From Candidatus Heimdallarchaeota archaeon (GTDB taxonomy: Archaea > Asgardarchaeota > Heimdallarchaeia > Hodarchaeales > Hodarchaeaceae), in the NCBI GenBank assembly GCA_048881705.1, contig JBHLSH010000006.1, positions 13,233 through 77,232 on the forward strand: a stretch of DNA of 64,000 nucleotides, read 5' to 3'. Position 1 is the stretch's first letter, and each line of letters opens with the position of its first letter. The position numbers and the translations under genes were made by a program. Below are positions 16,947 to 26,895 of the stretch, one piece after another. A model generated the notes under the pieces. The model saw only the letters and a list, made by a program, of their open reading frames with translations, did no database searches and was not told the origin of the DNA.

Positions 16947-18251
16947 ATGAATTATGAGTCACAATTTATTAAAGAGACAAAAGATAGAATCAAGAATCTT
17001 CAAAGGCAAGGTCAACCCAACAAAATTCCTTCCATGGTTTCGGAGTTCTGGAATACTGTACAATCATCAGATTATCCAATTATTGAAAGATTGGAAGATG
17101 CAAACATCGCCAACAACAATACAGAATATAATTTCGTCACGTTTTTATATCGTACCAGTAAAAATGTTGATAATGTATTCTTGTTGGCCGAATTCAACTT
17201 CATTGATCCAAAAGATTATTTATTTGAACATATTGATGGAACTGACATTTTTTATAAAACATTCTTGCTTCCAAAAGGTGCACAAGCGGAGTATAGGATC
17301 TTTGAAAATGATCCGCTTGATGGTATCTTTGCAGGAGCTAAATATCAAAACCGTTTGGAGAGGTTTCACGAACACCCAGATAAATTAAGTAGACATATTC
17401 GACGGATTCCTAATGGGTATCTGGGAAAAAAAGACCTTTTTATTGCCAGTTTACGTCCTTTTCCCCCAGAAATCTCCAATTTTGTGAATAATAAGAATCA
17501 GCAGAAGGGCGAAATTTCGACATATGAGCAGGAGAGCGATATCCTTGGATGTTCCAGAAAAATAAGTCTCTATACTCCAGCTGATTATAACGCCGAAGCA
17601 GCCTACAAGTTCATATTCATACATGATGGAAGTGCTGCTTTGAGCTATGGCGAAACACACACCCTAATTGATTATCTAATTGCTTCAAAAGCCATCTCTC
17701 CCGTTGTTGGAATTTTTACCGATCCTGGAGTAAAAAATGGGAATACAACGCGAAATGAGGAATATCCATGTAATCCTCACTATGCACGCTCAATTGTTCA
17801 GGAAATACTTCCTTGGGTTCGGGAAAACGTTAGCATTAGCAGCGATCCGAACGATGGGATTATCGCGGGTTCTAGTTACGGCGGATTAGCCTCCTTCTAT
17901 TACAGTTTCATGTACCCCGAAAGCATTGCCAATGTTCTATCTCTATCAGGTTCCTTCCATTGGGGAAGGCCAGATGAAGATTATCCTTATGAGTGGCTCC
18001 CCCGAAAGATTGCCTTCTCCGAGAAGAAAGCAATAAAGGCATATTTGGAGGTAGGGAAGCTCGAGGGAGAATATCATTGGAATAGCCCTGGATTTCCAAA
18101 TCAGATCGTCAGTCATAGACACTTCGTAACTATTTTGAGGATGAAAGGGTATTCATACGAATATAATGAATACAACGGTGATCACAGCCCTACTTCCTGG
18201 ATAAAACCCCTAGAAAGGGGATTACGGTATTTTTTGGGTAAAAGAACTTGA
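16947..18251 (+). CDS. Esterase D / enterochelin-esterase-like serine hydrolase
   Basis: 'FIFIHDG', nucleophile 'IAGSSYGGLASFY' and C-terminal 'GDHS'. AAGGAG lies 12 nt upstream of the ATG. Confidence 0.7.
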   Translation: MNYESQFIKETKDRIKNLQRQGQPNKIPSMVSEFWNTVQSSDYPIIERLEDANIANNNTEYNFVTFLYRTSKNVDNVFLLAEFNFIDPKDYLFEHIDGTDIFYKTFLLPKGAQAEYRIFENDPLDGIFAGAKYQNRLERFHEHPDKLSRHIRRIPNGYLGKKDLFIASLRPFPPEISNFVNNKNQQKGEISTYEQESDILGCSRKISLYTPADYNAEAAYKFIFIHDGSAALSYGETHTLIDYLIASKAISPVVGIFTDPGVKNGNTTRNEEYPCNPHYARSIVQEILPWVRENVSISSDPNDGIIAGSSYGGLASFYYSFMYPESIANVLSLSGSFHWGRPDEDYPYEWLPRKIAFSEKKAIKAYLEVGKLEGEYHWNSPGFPNQIVSHRHFVTILRMKGYSYEYNEYNGDHSPTSWIKPLERGLRYFLGKRT

Positions 18252-18528
18252 GGATTGCCCTTTCCAAAGAAATCTCCATCAAATAATTCGAAATTGCCTG
18301 ATTGCAGTATCAGGTTGGTCCTAGACGGAGGTTATCCTGAGGAACTGGTGAATATGCATAGAATCGTGGAATGAATAGTAAACTCTCTCCAAAATCATTC
18401 TATATGGAAATCATCCAATATTACAGAGTCAGAATACAGAGTTCGTAGATAGAACGAAAAAAACGATAACCGATATAATTACCTATATATGCAGTTATAG
18501 ATACCGCGGATGTTCGAGATGAATTCGC

Positions 18529-18882
18529 TTGCTGGATGATCTCCTCCTATCAAAATGGCAAACCGAGTACAAGAAAGGGTTTTCTAAACCTCTCATCCTT
18601 TTCACGCTCGCCAAAATAGGAAGTAGTTATGCCTATCTTCTCACAAAGAAGATTATGGAGTTAACAAATGGAGAGATATCGATAGCAGGTTCGAATATTT
18701 ATCCTATGCTAGCAAAACTAGAAGAAGACCGATTGATAATCAGTCAAAAAGACGAAAATGATAGAAAATACTACGAGCTGAGTGAAACTGGTAGGGATTT
18801 TTTGGAACAGTTAGAACTCTCGATTAAAGAATTTAATGAGATAATGCTAGGATTAACCAAGAAAGATGAAGGAGAGCTCTAA
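18529..18882 (+). CDS. PadR family winged-helix transcriptional regulator
   Basis: 'PLILFTLAKIGSSYAYLLTKKIMELTNGEISIAGSNIYPMLAKLEEDRLIISQ...RKYYELSETG'. Uses a TTG start. Confidence 0.8.
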   Translation: MLDDLLLSKWQTEYKKGFSKPLILFTLAKIGSSYAYLLTKKIMELTNGEISIAGSNIYPMLAKLEEDRLIISQKDENDRKYYELSETGRDFLEQLELSIKEFNEIMLGLTKKDEGEL

Positions 18883-19558
18883 AGTAATGTCCCGATCGAA
18901 GGCTTTGGATCCTATTGACGGTTATCTACGAGAGGTAAGTGCCTTGCTTCCCTACCCTGAGGAAAGAAAAGCTCCCATCCTTGGAGAATTAAAAAAGGAT
19001 GTAGAAGATGCGATGGGCGCTGAAAAACGTCCTCCTTCTGTCGTTTTTGGATCCCCAGTCGAAGTAGCTAAGAATCTGAGTATCGCGAATGATTGGGGAA
19101 CAAAACCTGCTGGATGGGGAACACGTCTGATCGCTTCATTCATTGATTACGTGGCGACCCTAGGAGTCTTCATTCTGTTCGCTATCATTCAACTTATCCT
19201 ATCGGACTTTCAAATCGATGAAATAAGATGGAATTCAATGCACATTCCTTTTGGTTTGCTTTTTATAGGTATTCCAATTATGGGGTTACTTTTGAGTTAT
19301 TTTATTATTCTTGAAAAGACCTATTCCACAACCCTTGGGAAGAGAATATTGGGTCTTATAGTTGTAGACGAGTCAGGGATTAATATAACTTGGACCCAGT
19401 CTTTGATTCGCAACTTTACAAAAGTTCCTTTTCTGACCTCATTTTTGCCATTCGATATTATTTTTGGGATTGTATCGGAAAAAACACGCGGTAGGAAGCA
19501 GAGAGTTTTGGATTTTGTCGCAGGGACCAAAGTAATGCAGCAAAAAAAACGGATGTAA
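18866..19558 (+). CDS. PadR-associated membrane protein: DUF1700-like N-terminal helical region plus an RDD-family membrane domain
   Basis: 'IDGYLREVSALLPYPEERKAPILGELKKDVEDAM' followed by 'RLIASFIDYVATLG...' and 3 TM helices. It overlaps the PadR stop codon. An alternative ATG lies at 18887. Confidence 0.6.
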   Translation: MKESSKVMSRSKALDPIDGYLREVSALLPYPEERKAPILGELKKDVEDAMGAEKRPPSVVFGSPVEVAKNLSIANDWGTKPAGWGTRLIASFIDYVATLGVFILFAIIQLILSDFQIDEIRWNSMHIPFGLLFIGIPIMGLLLSYFIILEKTYSTTLGKRILGLIVVDESGINITWTQSLIRNFTKVPFLTSFLPFDIIFGIVSEKTRGRKQRVLDFVAGTKVMQQKKRM

Positions 19559-19568
19559 GGGTGCTTTT

Positions 19569-22500
19569 ATGGGATTAAGATCGAGTTTACTTATAGCTAA
19601 AAGAGCATTAACACGTAGAAAAGCCAAGAATATCAGTGCCATCCTTGCCATTACGTTAGGCGTAACGTTGATGGTTGGAATTCAGATAACAACGGATACG
19701 TTGGAGAACTCCTTTCTAACCGGTTTACTTCTTGATGAAGGCGAAGTGGACATTCGAGTTGGAAATGCAACGGGGAATTATCTAGCTATTGAAGTTCAGG
19801 ATAACATCTCTGAGCTAGTTCCAGACGGAAAAATAATGCCTGAGCTGACATCACGAGGTCCTGTAATGGCGGGTTCTCAGTTTGAAGACTCCGTTCAATT
19901 TGCAGGGATTCCCTCCCAATATCCAGAGATCTTTGGTGACTTTTATGATTGGTTTACTCAAGAAAAAATGAATATTAGTGATTATTTAACTGATAATAAA
20001 AGCGTTTTGTTGTCAAGCAACTTGGCCGAGGATTTGGATATAGAAAAAGACAGTCAATTACCAATAACCTTGGTTACAGAGTTTAATAACCAATCCATCA
20101 TTCTTCTACCAAATGGGACTGGTCCCCCCATTCCAACCCCGATTTTTACTGTCGAACAGGTTAATCTCTCTGTTGTAGGTTTATATGACTCCAATAGACC
20201 AGGGATTGGAGCGCAATATACTGGTCTTTTGATGTCCCTAAAGGGCCTTCAAGATTGGCTGAGTCTTCAGGATTTTTCTCGAAACTCAAATTTGGTTAGT
20301 TCCTATTTGATATCCTTTCAATCTGATCACTTTAATACCCGTATTGACCCTGATTTCCTACAGGAGAAGCTAGATTTTTTAAATGAAACTCTACCTGTCG
20401 GCCTTGTTAATGGAGAAACTCAACAGTTATTCGCGGCATCGTCTCCCCGTTTACTGTTTACGGAAATTATTGATCTTGTCTTCAGCTTCATGTCTACCTT
20501 TTTAAATGTTCTAGGTCTGTTGATAGTACTCACGGGAGTATTACTTATAACAAATGTTCAACTAATGAGTGTTGAAGACCGAGAGTTCCAAACTGGCGTA
20601 TTACGAGCTGTAGGGGAAAAAAGAAGAGGGATTTTTGTTTCTATGCTCTCTGAAACTCTTTTTCAAGGTGTTATCGGGGGGATAATTGGATTGGGTGGAG
20701 GACTAATTTTTGGTCAAGTCGTCGCACTCTATATCGCCAGTCTTTTTGAGACAGGCCAGTTTAGCGTCCGACCAGTCATAAATCAAACCATTATCATTTT
20801 CTCCGTCCTTATTGGCGTTGCCCTCGGTATTCTTACAGGCCTTCTCCCAGCATTACGAGCTTCACGTGTGAATGTGGTAGAAGCCCTTCGCGGCATTAAA
20901 ATTCAATTCGAGGAAAAATCTGGTAGAAACCTAGTATTATTAAGCGTGTTGCTGGTAATCGGTGGAACACTCATTCTCTTAACAAATGGAGTTTTTGATG
21001 ATAGTCTACAATACATTTGGGAAATTGAAGGATGGGACTCATTGGACGAATGGAGGAATATCCTCCTTGGATCGGCAATTCTCTTTTCTGGCCTTGGTAT
21101 CATTCTATCTAGCTTTATAGACCGGATCAAGGCCCTTAATTTGACAGCACTCGTCATCTGGGCAGCGCCAGTTTTTCTGTTTGTCGTGGCAATGGGAGAA
21201 GGGTGGATCTCTGAATTTTCAGGTGGTCCATTTAATATCGATGTTTTTATCATTGCAATAATAGAGGTTGTAGTTGGATCGGTGTTAATTGTTGGTCTTA
21301 ATTTGTCTCCCCTGATGAGATTCCTACGTAGAGCACTTATGCGAATAAGAGGTGTTAAAGGAGTGGCTCAAGTTGCACCAGCTCTAATCTCATCGCATAA
21401 GACACGTTCAACTCTAACCTTTGCAATCTTTGCAGTAGTTCTCACTCTGAATGTTGTAGTCGCAGCGCTTGTAGCAACTAACCTTTCTAGCTCGATAGGC
21501 CAGGCCGAGACAGACTCTCGCGGTATAGATTTATTTGTCTCACTTAACAAGCCTGAAGTGGTATTAAACGATACCTCCTATACAAAACTATTATTTAACG
21601 TATCCGATAGTATAACTGACGTCATAGGGATGAAAACATTCCACAGCAGGACGGATTTCACCAAATATATCGCCCTAAAAAAACCCGGCTCTGAGGGATA
21701 CAATCCATCGACAGACCATCTTCCGCTCAAATTTGTAGAACTACGGTCAGAGCAAATCAGAGGCAATGCCACTAGCGCTGGAGATGAAAACTGGAGATAT
21801 GATAGCTTTTTAGGGAGTTTTCCTGATGGCGTCGGTGAACTTTCTTCCTCCTCTGGAGGTTTCTTCGGTCCTGGCTTTGGTGGTCAATCTGATGATTTGG
21901 AAGCATTGGAACTCTCAAAAAAAGCATTTGATGCTTTCTTCAATTCCTCCTATACCATGGCTGCATATAATGTGTCGTTCTCATTGTCCTCCCTAAGCGA
22001 TTTTGACATTGAAGACTTTTCATCTTTTTTTGAATCGGATTTGGAAGATGTAGAAAAATTAGAGAATGAGAACGGGTCATTAATTAAAAATCCTATCGTT
22101 TTTACCGATTCTCTAATCCTCCCACTTGGAATGCAGATCTTTGTGCCTATGAATATGACATTTAGTCCCTCGGCTAATAGAACAGAAATTGTTTATCAAC
22201 CGTTCACAATTGGTGGGAAGTTTGACCGAGAACGAACTGTCGGATTTGCTCTCTCGGGTGGTGGCTTTTCTACCAGAGCTATCGGAGAAGAGAGTGATCA
22301 ATCAAACTTTCTGGGGAGAATCTATATTCCTGAGCGGTTTTCAAAATATACGAATTTTTTTGGTGAAGCTGGAGGAGCTTCCTACTCTTCAAGAAAACTG
22401 AATCAATTTGACACCTTTCTAATTAAAACCTCCTATGCGTTTGATGATCCAAGGATAGAAGAACTTGCTATCAAGATCGAGAATTTCACAAATACAGAAG

Positions 22501-22985
22501 AAGCCGGATATAGAAAATTAGCTAATGATGACTTTCTGGTTGCAACCACTACCTCATTGTATTCCGAGGTAGAAGCAAGCTTGGAATCGACCGTACAGAT
22601 GACATCATTCCTAACAATCTACGTTAATTTCGGATTAATTATCGGTGCTGTGGGAATGGCCGTGATTAGCGTTAGAAATGTTTCTGAAAGAAAACGAGAA
22701 ATAGGGATGATGCGCGCAATAGGATTCCCAAGATTTCAGGTTATGTTAGCTGCCCTCTTGGAGCTATTGGTGTTAGGATTTATTGGTTTAATCATTGGTG
22801 TTGTCAACGGGCTTTTGATTAACGTCGGCTTTGCTAATATGATGGAAGTGCCGATAGTTATCCCATGGGACACATTAGCAGCCTATCTTTCTTTAATTAC
22901 CCTTATAGGATTGCTTGCAGGAGCTATACCTGGATTCATTGCTTCCAGAATACCTGCCGCGGAGGCCTTGAGATATGTTGGATAA
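19569..22985 (+). CDS. FtsX/MacB-type (type VII) ABC transporter permease with two FtsX modules and two large extracytoplasmic domains
   Basis: Two FtsX signatures: 'VEDREFQTGVLRAVGEKRRGIF' and 'SERKREIGMMRAIGFPRFQV'. Each is followed by 3 TM helices and preceded by a soluble loop of 270-360 aa. Confidence 0.85.
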   Translation: MGLRSSLLIAKRALTRRKAKNISAILAITLGVTLMVGIQITTDTLENSFLTGLLLDEGEVDIRVGNATGNYLAIEVQDNISELVPDGKIMPELTSRGPVMAGSQFEDSVQFAGIPSQYPEIFGDFYDWFTQEKMNISDYLTDNKSVLLSSNLAEDLDIEKDSQLPITLVTEFNNQSIILLPNGTGPPIPTPIFTVEQVNLSVVGLYDSNRPGIGAQYTGLLMSLKGLQDWLSLQDFSRNSNLVSSYLISFQSDHFNTRIDPDFLQEKLDFLNETLPVGLVNGETQQLFAASSPRLLFTEIIDLVFSFMSTFLNVLGLLIVLTGVLLITNVQLMSVEDREFQTGVLRAVGEKRRGIFVSMLSETLFQGVIGGIIGLGGGLIFGQVVALYIASLFETGQFSVRPVINQTIIIFSVLIGVALGILTGLLPALRASRVNVVEALRGIKIQFEEKSGRNLVLLSVLLVIGGTLILLTNGVFDDSLQYIWEIEGWDSLDEWRNILLGSAILFSGLGIILSSFIDRIKALNLTALVIWAAPVFLFVVAMGEGWISEFSGGPFNIDVFIIAIIEVVVGSVLIVGLNLSPLMRFLRRALMRIRGVKGVAQVAPALISSHKTRSTLTFAIFAVVLTLNVVVAALVATNLSSSIGQAETDSRGIDLFVSLNKPEVVLNDTSYTKLLFNVSDSITDVIGMKTFHSRTDFTKYIALKKPGSEGYNPSTDHLPLKFVELRSEQIRGNATSAGDENWRYDSFLGSFPDGVGELSSSSGGFFGPGFGGQSDDLEALELSKKAFDAFFNSSYTMAAYNVSFSLSSLSDFDIEDFSSFFESDLEDVEKLENENGSLIKNPIVFTDSLILPLGMQIFVPMNMTFSPSANRTEIVYQPFTIGGKFDRERTVGFALSGGGFSTRAIGEESDQSNFLGRIYIPERFSKYTNFFGEAGGASYSSRKLNQFDTFLIKTSYAFDDPRIEELAIKIENFTNTEEAGYRKLANDDFLVATTTSLYSEVEASLESTVQMTSFLTIYVNFGLIIGAVGMAVISVRNVSERKREIGMMRAIGFPRFQVMLAALLELLVLGFIGLIIGVVNGLLINVGFANMMEVPIVIPWDTLAAYLSLITLIGLLAGAIPGFIASRIPAAEALRYVG

Positions 22986-22998
22986 TGGAGGTAAAAGA

Positions 22999-23742
22999 AT
23001 GTTAGAAACGATCGCAGAAGATCCAGATTTTGTTGAGGCAGAACCAATCCTCTATATCACCGATTTGCATAAACGTTATAACGAGGGAAAATCGAATGAA
23101 GTACATGCTCTTCGTGGATTAGACCTGGAGGTAAAAAAAGGGGATATGATGGCAATTATGGGACCTTCCGGGTGCGGAAAAACAACCCTACTCAACATGA
23201 TCGGACATTTGGATGTTAGTTCGGGAGGAACAATTGTAATCAGTGGCATTGATACCGGAGAGCTTTCCGATCGGGAGATGACTGCCTTTCGAAGAGACAA
23301 CATCGGTTTCATATTTCAGCTCTTCAATTTGTTTCCGTTTTTGACAGCGGTAGAGAACGTAGAAACTCCCCTATTATTAAAGGGCCTTAAATCAGGAGTT
23401 GCAAGAGAACAGGCCAAAATGCTTTTGAGAGACCTAGGAATGGGAGATCGACTATATCATTATCCCTTAGAGCTTTCAGGTGGCCAACAACAACGAGTTG
23501 CAATCGCGCGTGCTTTGATTAATCAGCCTGCGATTATTCTGGGTGACGAACCGACGGGAGATCTGGACAGTACCACAAGTGCAGTGATAATGGAACTCTT
23601 TCGTAGAATAAATACGATGAATAAACAGACATTTGTTCTGGTTACGCACAACAGGTGGATTGCCGAAAAATGCGATTACATCGTCCATATGACCGATGGG
23701 GTAATTTCCAATGTTGAGTATGGCCCGTTTCAGGAGGACTAG
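22999..23742 (+). CDS. ABC transporter ATP-binding protein (MacB/LolD/FtsE-like)
   Basis: Walker A 'GPSGCGKTT', signature 'LSGGQQQRVAIARAL', Walker B 'ILGDEPTGDLD', H-loop 'VTHN'. The ATG at 22999 has GGAGG 7 nt upstream. The ORF track start at 22975 overlaps the permease stop. Confidence 0.9.
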   Translation: MLETIAEDPDFVEAEPILYITDLHKRYNEGKSNEVHALRGLDLEVKKGDMMAIMGPSGCGKTTLLNMIGHLDVSSGGTIVISGIDTGELSDREMTAFRRDNIGFIFQLFNLFPFLTAVENVETPLLLKGLKSGVAREQAKMLLRDLGMGDRLYHYPLELSGGQQQRVAIARALINQPAIILGDEPTGDLDSTTSAVIMELFRRINTMNKQTFVLVTHNRWIAEKCDYIVHMTDGVISNVEYGPFQED

Positions 23743-23744
23743 CA

Positions 23745-26528
23745 GTGGTAAGAGTATACACCGCAGCCTTAATAGATAAACCTCTACGCTCTATAAATAA
23801 GAATTTACAGAAAAAAATTACTTCTGATTTGAGAAAATCTCTAAAAGTTCGGGGTGATGCAGTAACTGGCCAGGAATTGAACACATTCCTCCTAGTTTCC
23901 GGCAGAAACGGAAAGAAGGGATTTACTCCGGAAATGATAGACAAGGTTGAAAAGGGAACCATTCAGAAAAGACTTAAACAGTATTACACCAGAAATGAGT
24001 CACGTTTTAGGAACCATATGAAGAATAATCAAGAGTTATATGAAACCTCGCAGGTAGTAAAGGAATTCATCCGGGAGATTGATTCGTCGCTTCCCAGAAA
24101 GTTTGACCAACATTTAAAGAAAATTAACACGGATTTACCGGAAATTTTCTGCCAAGTTAGCATGAAGAGCTTTATTACATTATGGGAGATTGAGGAGAAA
24201 GAAGAATATCGTTTTAACCTATCTGGATTTGATTTTCCCATATTTACTGGAAAAACCAATGGAACCTCATTCGATATAGGTGGGTTGGTAGATAAACTTC
24301 TCATCGTAAATTTCTTTGAGACTTTCTTAAATTCAACTCTCCAGCGATTGGATGAGATGAACCACGTTCTTGAACGCCTTGAGTACGAACTTGCCAAGCC
24401 ACACTATCTGATTAAGAACGAAAAACTGCATGCCAAATTTTCCCTCTTTCTACGAATTCTGGTTGCGAAACTAAGCGCCCTACAAGAGCTAGAAAACTCG
24501 ATCTTTCGTATCTTTAGTCTGTTTGACATACCGTACATGATTCTTCTTCAGTATCATTTCAAGAGCGATTTTCTAGATTTAAATAACGAAATTGCCAGGA
24601 TTTGTGAGGAGATAAATACAGGGAAAAATAAACTCAATGAGGTTGGGGAGCGAATTGATCGTTGTCAATTATCCCTCCGAGATTATCTTGATGATGGTAT
24701 TAATGGAGTAACTGTAACCAATTCTTTTCAAGTTTTCAAAGATGCCTTGAAACCACTGGCCGATTTAAGTATCGATTTATTTATAGAATCTGAGATGTTA
24801 AAACTTTGGTCGGATTATTTCGGCTCGGATATTCCTTATTTCAGTTTTAATGTGCAATTAGACGAGGATACCGACACCGAGGAGGCTATTGAGATTGAAG
24901 ATGATGTCATTTTAGCTGTTAGAGGGCTTTATAAGAACTATAACCTTGGTCGTACTACCGTTTATGCAGTGAGGGGAGTAAATCTCGATATTAAGGCTGG
25001 TGAGTTTGTCGCAATCGTTGGCAGTTCAGGCGCAGGCAAGACAACACTATTAAACTGTATGGCCAGTTTAGATACTCCTGATCATGGTGCCGTTTATTTT
25101 CGAGGGAAAGACTTACACCATATGAAAGATTCGGAGAAAGCAGAAGTTAGACTTCACGAAATGGGCTTTATCTTCCAGAGCTACGCTTTATTACCTCATT
25201 TTGACACTCGTGAAAATGTAACCCTTCCAGCAAATCTGGCAGGCGGACTAAGCAAAACTATCAGAACTCGAATTGAGAATCTGTTGGTTGGAGTAGGGAT
25301 AAGCGAACAGGCAAAGCAATATCCTGCCCAATTGAGTGGAGGACAGATGCAACGGGTGGCAATTGCACGAGCTCTTACTAATCAACCTACTATCATATTT
25401 GCTGATGAGCCCACGGGTGATTTGGATTCAGTAACTGGGATTCAAGTGATGGAATTGTTAAAGAAATTCCATGAGGAAACAAGGACGACGATTGTGATCA
25501 TCACACATGAGGAAAGCATTGCTGGTTATGCGGAGCGGCAGATTATGATGGAAGATGGAATAATTACACAGCGAAAACGGCCCGTTGATCAAGCTGGGCA
25601 GTCCATCCTGATGGAAAAGCCGCCAATCATTAAAACTGAGGCCGAACTACCTCCAATTTCGAACGAAAGAGTAAGCAGAATCGAAGAGAGGTTGGGGATG
25701 ATTGAGAAGAAAAATATAGAACTATTGGGTAAGGTAGTGAAAGAGGTTCAAAAACAGTTAGATGAGGTAAGAGGCAAAATAGAAGTTCTTGGGGTCGAAA
25801 CCAATAAAAAGCTGCTGGATCTGAGTACAAGATTTGAACAATTAAACACCAACGCCAGTAATTGGTCCTTTGCAATCAATGAGCAGATGGAATCATTTCG
25901 TGCTCAATACGTTCAAGCGCTGGAAGAGCTCCGGCAATCTACAATCAGATCAGCCGAAAAGGAAACCATTCTTTCTCAAAAGTATACAGAGCTTGTCGGG
26001 CAACTAAGAGAAAAAGAACGTATGGCAATCGAAAAAGGTAATTTAAATAAAATAAGGCTCAGTGCATTACAAAAGGAGATACAAAGGAAGGAATCAGACC
26101 TAGGGATCTATAAGGATAGATTAGAAGAGCTGGAGTCTGAAATAAAGGTAAAACAACAGCATATTGATGAATCCGCTGAAATCAAAATGAAGACCGAAAA
26201 CCTTGTAAACAACTACAGAAAGCTAAAGGAAGCTTATGATGATAAGAGTAGGGAAGTGACTCAATTACAAGCTCAACTAGCAGCCGTGACTGAAGATACC
26301 CAGAAGATCGTCAAAAGCACCAATGCAATAAAGGCATTCCTCGATGAGAGTGATTCAGGTCGAATTCTGTATCAGCTGCTTAATTCTGAACGTATGACTC
26401 TGGATGAACTAGCGGCTCGGACAGAAATCGCAACATATACTGTTTACCAAATTGTTCAACATTTTCGTGAAATTGGTGTTGCTCAATACGATAATTCTAC
26501 TCGTATAGTAACCTTGGTAAATAGATAG
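23745..26528 (+). CDS. Atypical 927-aa fusion: unknown helical N-terminal domain, ABC ATPase, long coiled coil, C-terminal winged-helix
   Basis: GTG start with GGAGG 8 nt upstream. Walker A 'GSSGAGKTT', 'LSGGQMQRVAIARAL', 'IIFADEPTGDLD' and 'ITHE' at about nt 24909-25575. Heptad-rich E/K/Q/L segment at about 25660-26350. The tail is 'RMTLDELAARTEIATYTVYQIVQHFREIGVAQYD'. Confidence 0.8.
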   Translation: MVRVYTAALIDKPLRSINKNLQKKITSDLRKSLKVRGDAVTGQELNTFLLVSGRNGKKGFTPEMIDKVEKGTIQKRLKQYYTRNESRFRNHMKNNQELYETSQVVKEFIREIDSSLPRKFDQHLKKINTDLPEIFCQVSMKSFITLWEIEEKEEYRFNLSGFDFPIFTGKTNGTSFDIGGLVDKLLIVNFFETFLNSTLQRLDEMNHVLERLEYELAKPHYLIKNEKLHAKFSLFLRILVAKLSALQELENSIFRIFSLFDIPYMILLQYHFKSDFLDLNNEIARICEEINTGKNKLNEVGERIDRCQLSLRDYLDDGINGVTVTNSFQVFKDALKPLADLSIDLFIESEMLKLWSDYFGSDIPYFSFNVQLDEDTDTEEAIEIEDDVILAVRGLYKNYNLGRTTVYAVRGVNLDIKAGEFVAIVGSSGAGKTTLLNCMASLDTPDHGAVYFRGKDLHHMKDSEKAEVRLHEMGFIFQSYALLPHFDTRENVTLPANLAGGLSKTIRTRIENLLVGVGISEQAKQYPAQLSGGQMQRVAIARALTNQPTIIFADEPTGDLDSVTGIQVMELLKKFHEETRTTIVIITHEESIAGYAERQIMMEDGIITQRKRPVDQAGQSILMEKPPIIKTEAELPPISNERVSRIEERLGMIEKKNIELLGKVVKEVQKQLDEVRGKIEVLGVETNKKLLDLSTRFEQLNTNASNWSFAINEQMESFRAQYVQALEELRQSTIRSAEKETILSQKYTELVGQLREKERMAIEKGNLNKIRLSALQKEIQRKESDLGIYKDRLEELESEIKVKQQHIDESAEIKMKTENLVNNYRKLKEAYDDKSREVTQLQAQLAAVTEDTQKIVKSTNAIKAFLDESDSGRILYQLLNSERMTLDELAARTEIATYTVYQIVQHFREIGVAQYDNSTRIVTLVNR

Positions 26529-26895
26529 TTCTCATAAGAGATAAGTTACTTATAATACGATTATCAATCACGTTTCTTCTCCCCACACTCCAATGTTATT
26601 TCAGGTAGCCAATACAATGAGCTTCGCGTTGTCCGTTTCAATCGATTACTAGCGATCTTCTTCGTCTTCCAGGTGTCAAACTTATTTGGTGTTGTCCTCA
26701 GAGTGAGATTCCTGTTCAATCGGGATTGTTCTTCAAGTTAAGCTTCCTTGACTGATTTCTTTTCGTACTTTATTGCTCCTTTCGATATTAATCACGAGCT
26801 AGCTTAATATCCAGTAGGAATCTTTGGGGAAATGCCTATTTAATTATAGATCTTTTTGATCCGCTTGAATCCAGAGTTTTATCGGTGGTTAAAGC

